NCBI GenBank assembly: GCA_002269645.1
Contig: NIVC01002832.1
Coordinates: 1 to 50,979 of the forward strand
Length of the DNA stretch: 50,979 nt
Reading direction: 5' to 3'
DNA from: Macrostomum lignano
Taxonomy: Eukaryota
Below the pieces are notes generated by a model. That model was not told the origin of the DNA. It saw nothing but the letters and a program-made list of their open reading frames with translations, and did no database searches. The translations under genes and the position numbers were made by a program. Numbering within the stretch: position 1 is the stretch's first letter; each line of letters starts with the position of its first letter. This document shows positions 47,418-50,979 of the stretch, piece after piece.

Positions 47418-48023
47418 CGAAAATAATAATTTTTTTGTATTCGGCACGTGGGTCAAGGAACTCGTTTGACAGATAAATGATCAATCTGTCCGCGTACCCA
47501 ACGCTTTCGTGGAACGATCGACCCTGCTCTCGGTTGTAGGCCAGACTCGGAGGAGAGCCTCGCCAGCCTCGAGTTACCCAGTCGCAGCTGCCGCGCGAGT
47601 CAGACACCATGATGAAGCCTGAATCTCTGGTGCAACCTCCATAGTGGTTGCTGATGTAGAATTTTCGGCTAGCATCCCCTTCCAAAGAAAAGTAGTTGAA
47701 CTCTTTCCGACTAATTGGATAAGGGTAAGATGAGTACAGTCTTAACAGCGAAAACCAGTTCTCTTTGTCGAGCTTGTCAGTGTCGGTGGAAACATCGAAT
47801 GCCACTTGAGAGACGACTTTATTGTCTTTGCGCATCTCGACGACCATCTTGGTCATTCCCGACTGCCTCACAGCTCGAGGAAGCTCGTCGATGAGATCGG
47901 ATCTGTAGACCGGAGGCAGAGATCCATCGGCAGGCATTTTGTAGTTTTGTTGATGTTTGAATGTCTCCAGAGCCTTCAACTGCACGTTCGGAACAATAGT
48001 GAACAACAGCTGTTTGTCGTTTT
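47418..48023 (-). CDS. Penultimate exon (606 nt, phase 1-1); first copy of the ~190-aa domain
   Basis: Acceptor caatttAG|AAAACGAC, donor TCG|GTGAGT, 129-bp intron to the next exon in matching phase. Confidence 0.85.
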
Positions 48024-48248
48024 CTAAATTGGAAAGTGATGCAGGTTTGAATATTTTTTACAGTACTTATTTCTGGTGAATAAGTTTTGTTCACCTTAGT
48101 AAGTAATATTCGAGAATTTAATGGCTTTACATGCACCGATTCAATTTATTCGTAACCTCACACACAAATCTTTCCATTCGAGTAGAAATCAAGTTAAATA
48201 CAGTAAAATCCGATACAATTCATACATAGTATTTGCAGACAGTTAGCT

Positions 48249-49060
48249 TTGGAAGGTCAAACAACATGGATCGGCACGACCGGCTGGTTACCAATGCTCT
48301 CGCTCCAAGCCGAGCTCAGAGCAATTGAAAGAGCTCCGAACCTCCTAGAGCACCACAGGGAGGAGCGGTGGAGAGTCTGGGTAATCACTGACAGCAAAAG
48401 CGGCCTGCAGTCACTGCGCGGGCTCTCAAGGAACCCGATCGCCGTGGAAACCCAAGTCCTGGTTGCCATGAAGTACATAAGAGTCACCATCGAGTGGAGA
48501 TGGATACCCGCACATTGTGGCCTCTGGAACGAGAAGGCAGACCGTCTGGCTGGAGCAGCCGTCCATACTCAGCAGGAGGACACCCCGGTCCTCGCCAGTG
48601 TTGTAGTGAAGCAACTTGCCCGGCTGAGACGCGCACGCACCAGCGGTCCCGAAAAAAATACGGAACCTGAGGACCGGCCAAGGACCCCTGTTACGGCAGC
48701 AGAGATAAGGCGAACAGCTTCATGAGAATGAAAACGGGCTACTCACTTGAACTCGGAGTCTACTGCAAAAGAATAAGGAGGGTGCAGAACGGCCACTGCA
48801 AGATGTGCAGCGGTGAGGAGGAAACCGTGACTCACATAGTCCAATGCCCAGCAACTTTCTGTCAGAGAAGTGAGTGAGACGTGATGGCGCTGAAAGACCC
48901 AAACCACTTCAGAAAAGGCGTCCCCAAATTCTGGAAGTGGTAGAGAAGCAAACCACTAGAACAGCAAACACCAGGCAATACGGTAGCGTGAGTAGCAAAA
49001 AAAAACACAACAACAAAAACAACAACACCAACAACAACAACAGCGGCAGCAGCAGCAGCC
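48249..49060 (+). mobile_element. 3' fragment of an RNase H-bearing non-LTR retrotransposon (I group/ingi-like)
   Basis: AELRAI, ITDSKS, WIPAHCGLWNEKADRLA (RNase H); CKMCSGEEETVTHIVQCP (CCHC knuckle); (CAA)n tail at ~48997-49045. Confidence 0.88.
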
Positions 49061-50979
49061 CGCCGGCCCCAACAGGGACCGCGTGCCCCAGTCCATCGGG
49101 GGCACGGTCATGGACGCTGCCTTGTCGTGGCGACCCGGCTTAATCCTGTCGTCGGCTCCTGCCGGTTGCCGGCGGCAGGAGAACCAAAGTGTCTACCCTT
49201 CGGCTATCGACAGGGACACAGCGGCTGCCTGCGTCCCTGCCGCCCTGCTATCAGGCAGGCGCTCCGACTCGGCCGGGAGTGCGACAGACCAGGCGCCGAA
49301 GCCAGGGTCGGCCGGTCCACCACTCGCCCCAGGCGAGGCTGCGTCTGGTCCCCTGGCTGACTCGTCTGGGATGACGTTGGCGCTGACTGGCTCCGGTGGG
49401 AGGATAACATGCCATGCTCCCACGCTGGCAGCAACCACCCTTCCGGAGTCCAGGATGATGCGTGGCTTGTCCCCTCCCTGCCGGAGTTCGGAGGCGCTTC
49501 CTGGAAGGCTAGCCCTTTACAACAACAGCAGTAGCAAAGCCCGTCGTATCAACAGGTACGGAAAGCCGTGTTATTAAAAATGAAGTGGCTATGGTCATAG
49601 GCATCGCCTCTCCGAGATGACTCGGATGGCCTAGGGCTTGCCATACCACGATACCTGCTACCAGGCAACCACCTAACCCGGTGGGCACACACTACTTGGC
49701 CGCGGATTACGGAGGTGATTATTTCTCTGAGCTCCAGCTCGTCCGATGCCCCAAGTTCTGGCACTTCTTATTTTGCCACTGCTGCAACCCAAGCCCCAAC
49801 GACTGCAAACGCTCCGGCCAGACTCTCAGAAAAGGTCTCCCATTCCTACACTGCCAAAGCACACCATGAAGAAAACTTGCCAAAAAATTTATTACAGCTG
49901 GGTCTAACGCTATCTACGGAACCAGGTATGGACGTATAGCGCCCATCACACTCTTGGTCCTGATGAGCGACACTCTGAGACTCGGCAGCCACGCCACCGC
50001 TCCGCAGTCACTCCAGACCCTGTGCCTTTCCTACGACGCCAGTATTCACACCGGGACCATCCCGCTCAAATGCGCCGGCCAAGACTGCACCTCGTTTTGC
50101 CATCGCACGACAGCATGCAGAGAGAATCCCAGGTACAAGGGGTGCACTCTCGGAATTTGTCCGAGCCACTCGGCGATACCGGACCCCGTCAAGTCGATCG
50201 CCGGCCTTCGCGCTGGCGCCCTTTGTGAAAACTGCTGCGACCCGGGATCCGAACATGGCCTGTTGCGGGGGCTGAAGCCACAAAGTCCGCGCCGTCATCC
50301 GCTGATCCCTTGCAACCGCTGGGTCGACTATTGCCACAAAGTGTACACCGGCCTCAAAAGAACCGTTGCAACACAGAATGCCTTTAGCAGCATGCATTGC
50401 ATCACCCCCGTGCCACCCGGAGGTGACCCCGGAGCACGCCAACTGCTCCGCCTGCTTCCGCACCATCGAGCGCCAGGAGTCAATTCGGTTTCTCCAATGG
50501 AACGCCGGTGAGGTCTCCCTCAAGATTGCCGAACTTCAAGACCACACCAAACAACAGGAACAACCAATCAGCATAAAGGCAACAAATACTAACTTTGCTT
50601 TAAATAACACACTTACCAAACATGACTGTCCGATTGAACTCCTCTCGCAGTTCCGTCACCGAGTCCGTCAGGTAGATTGTGAACGATCAGCATAGTCCAC
50701 TCCGCTCCTTAAGTGGCAGTTCGGTATCTGTTGTACGCCAGCACTGGAGCCGAGCCCTTCCAGCCTTCTTGGCCCAGGTGCACCCATCGCGTTTGTCGGA
50801 CACCATCCAGAAACCTCGATCATTGACACAATACCTAAGAAAATGAGGCCAAAAAGCGACGTTTCAAAGGGGCGTCCCCGTTAATACTAAAGTAGTTCAT
50901 GCTTTGTTTCGGATCGATATTGAATGGATACGACGAGACGAGTCGAGAGCGCGAGAACCAGTTCATCAGTGTGATCTCG
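49060..50979 (+). mobile_element. 5' part of a degenerate ingi-like non-LTR retrotransposon (GC-rich leader, PHD-like fingers, start of APE endonuclease)
   Basis: Three broken Cys/His clusters (for example PLKCAGQDCTSFCH and IPCNRWVDYCHKVYTGL), followed by IRFLQWNAGEVSLKIAELQD, the typical APE N-terminus. Confidence 0.7.

Overview
Eukaryotic (invertebrate animal) genomic DNA; a flatworm such as Macrostomum is a guess from style only. Left half: a ~15.65 kb tandem segmental duplication (1-8911 vs 15655-24543). It carries three intronless minus-strand genes: nucleolin-like (seen once), a lipase of the Geobacillus/Staphylococcus-like family (twice) and uracil-DNA glycosylase (twice). It also carries two small unannotated minus-strand exons, a CORE-SINE and a 57-bp minisatellite. 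Both copies of the minisatellite have exactly 39 full units but different variant order, and the duplication junction lies in this array. Middle: a Shal/Kv4 potassium channel gene (minus strand, two clear exons, two probable 1-bp sequencing frameshifts) with SINEs and a 9 x 83-bp array in intron 1. Right half: a transposon graveyard (rosa DD41D, mariner, P-element/THAP, MITEs, ingi-like LINE pieces) around a ~4.3 kb block almost free of CpG. The right TIR of the rosa element lies at the edge of this block and shows directional C:G->T:A decay relative to its left TIR. A two-exon gene segment encoding two copies of an unnamed ~190-aa domain lies at 46.7-48.0 kb. All counts and alignments were done by eye.
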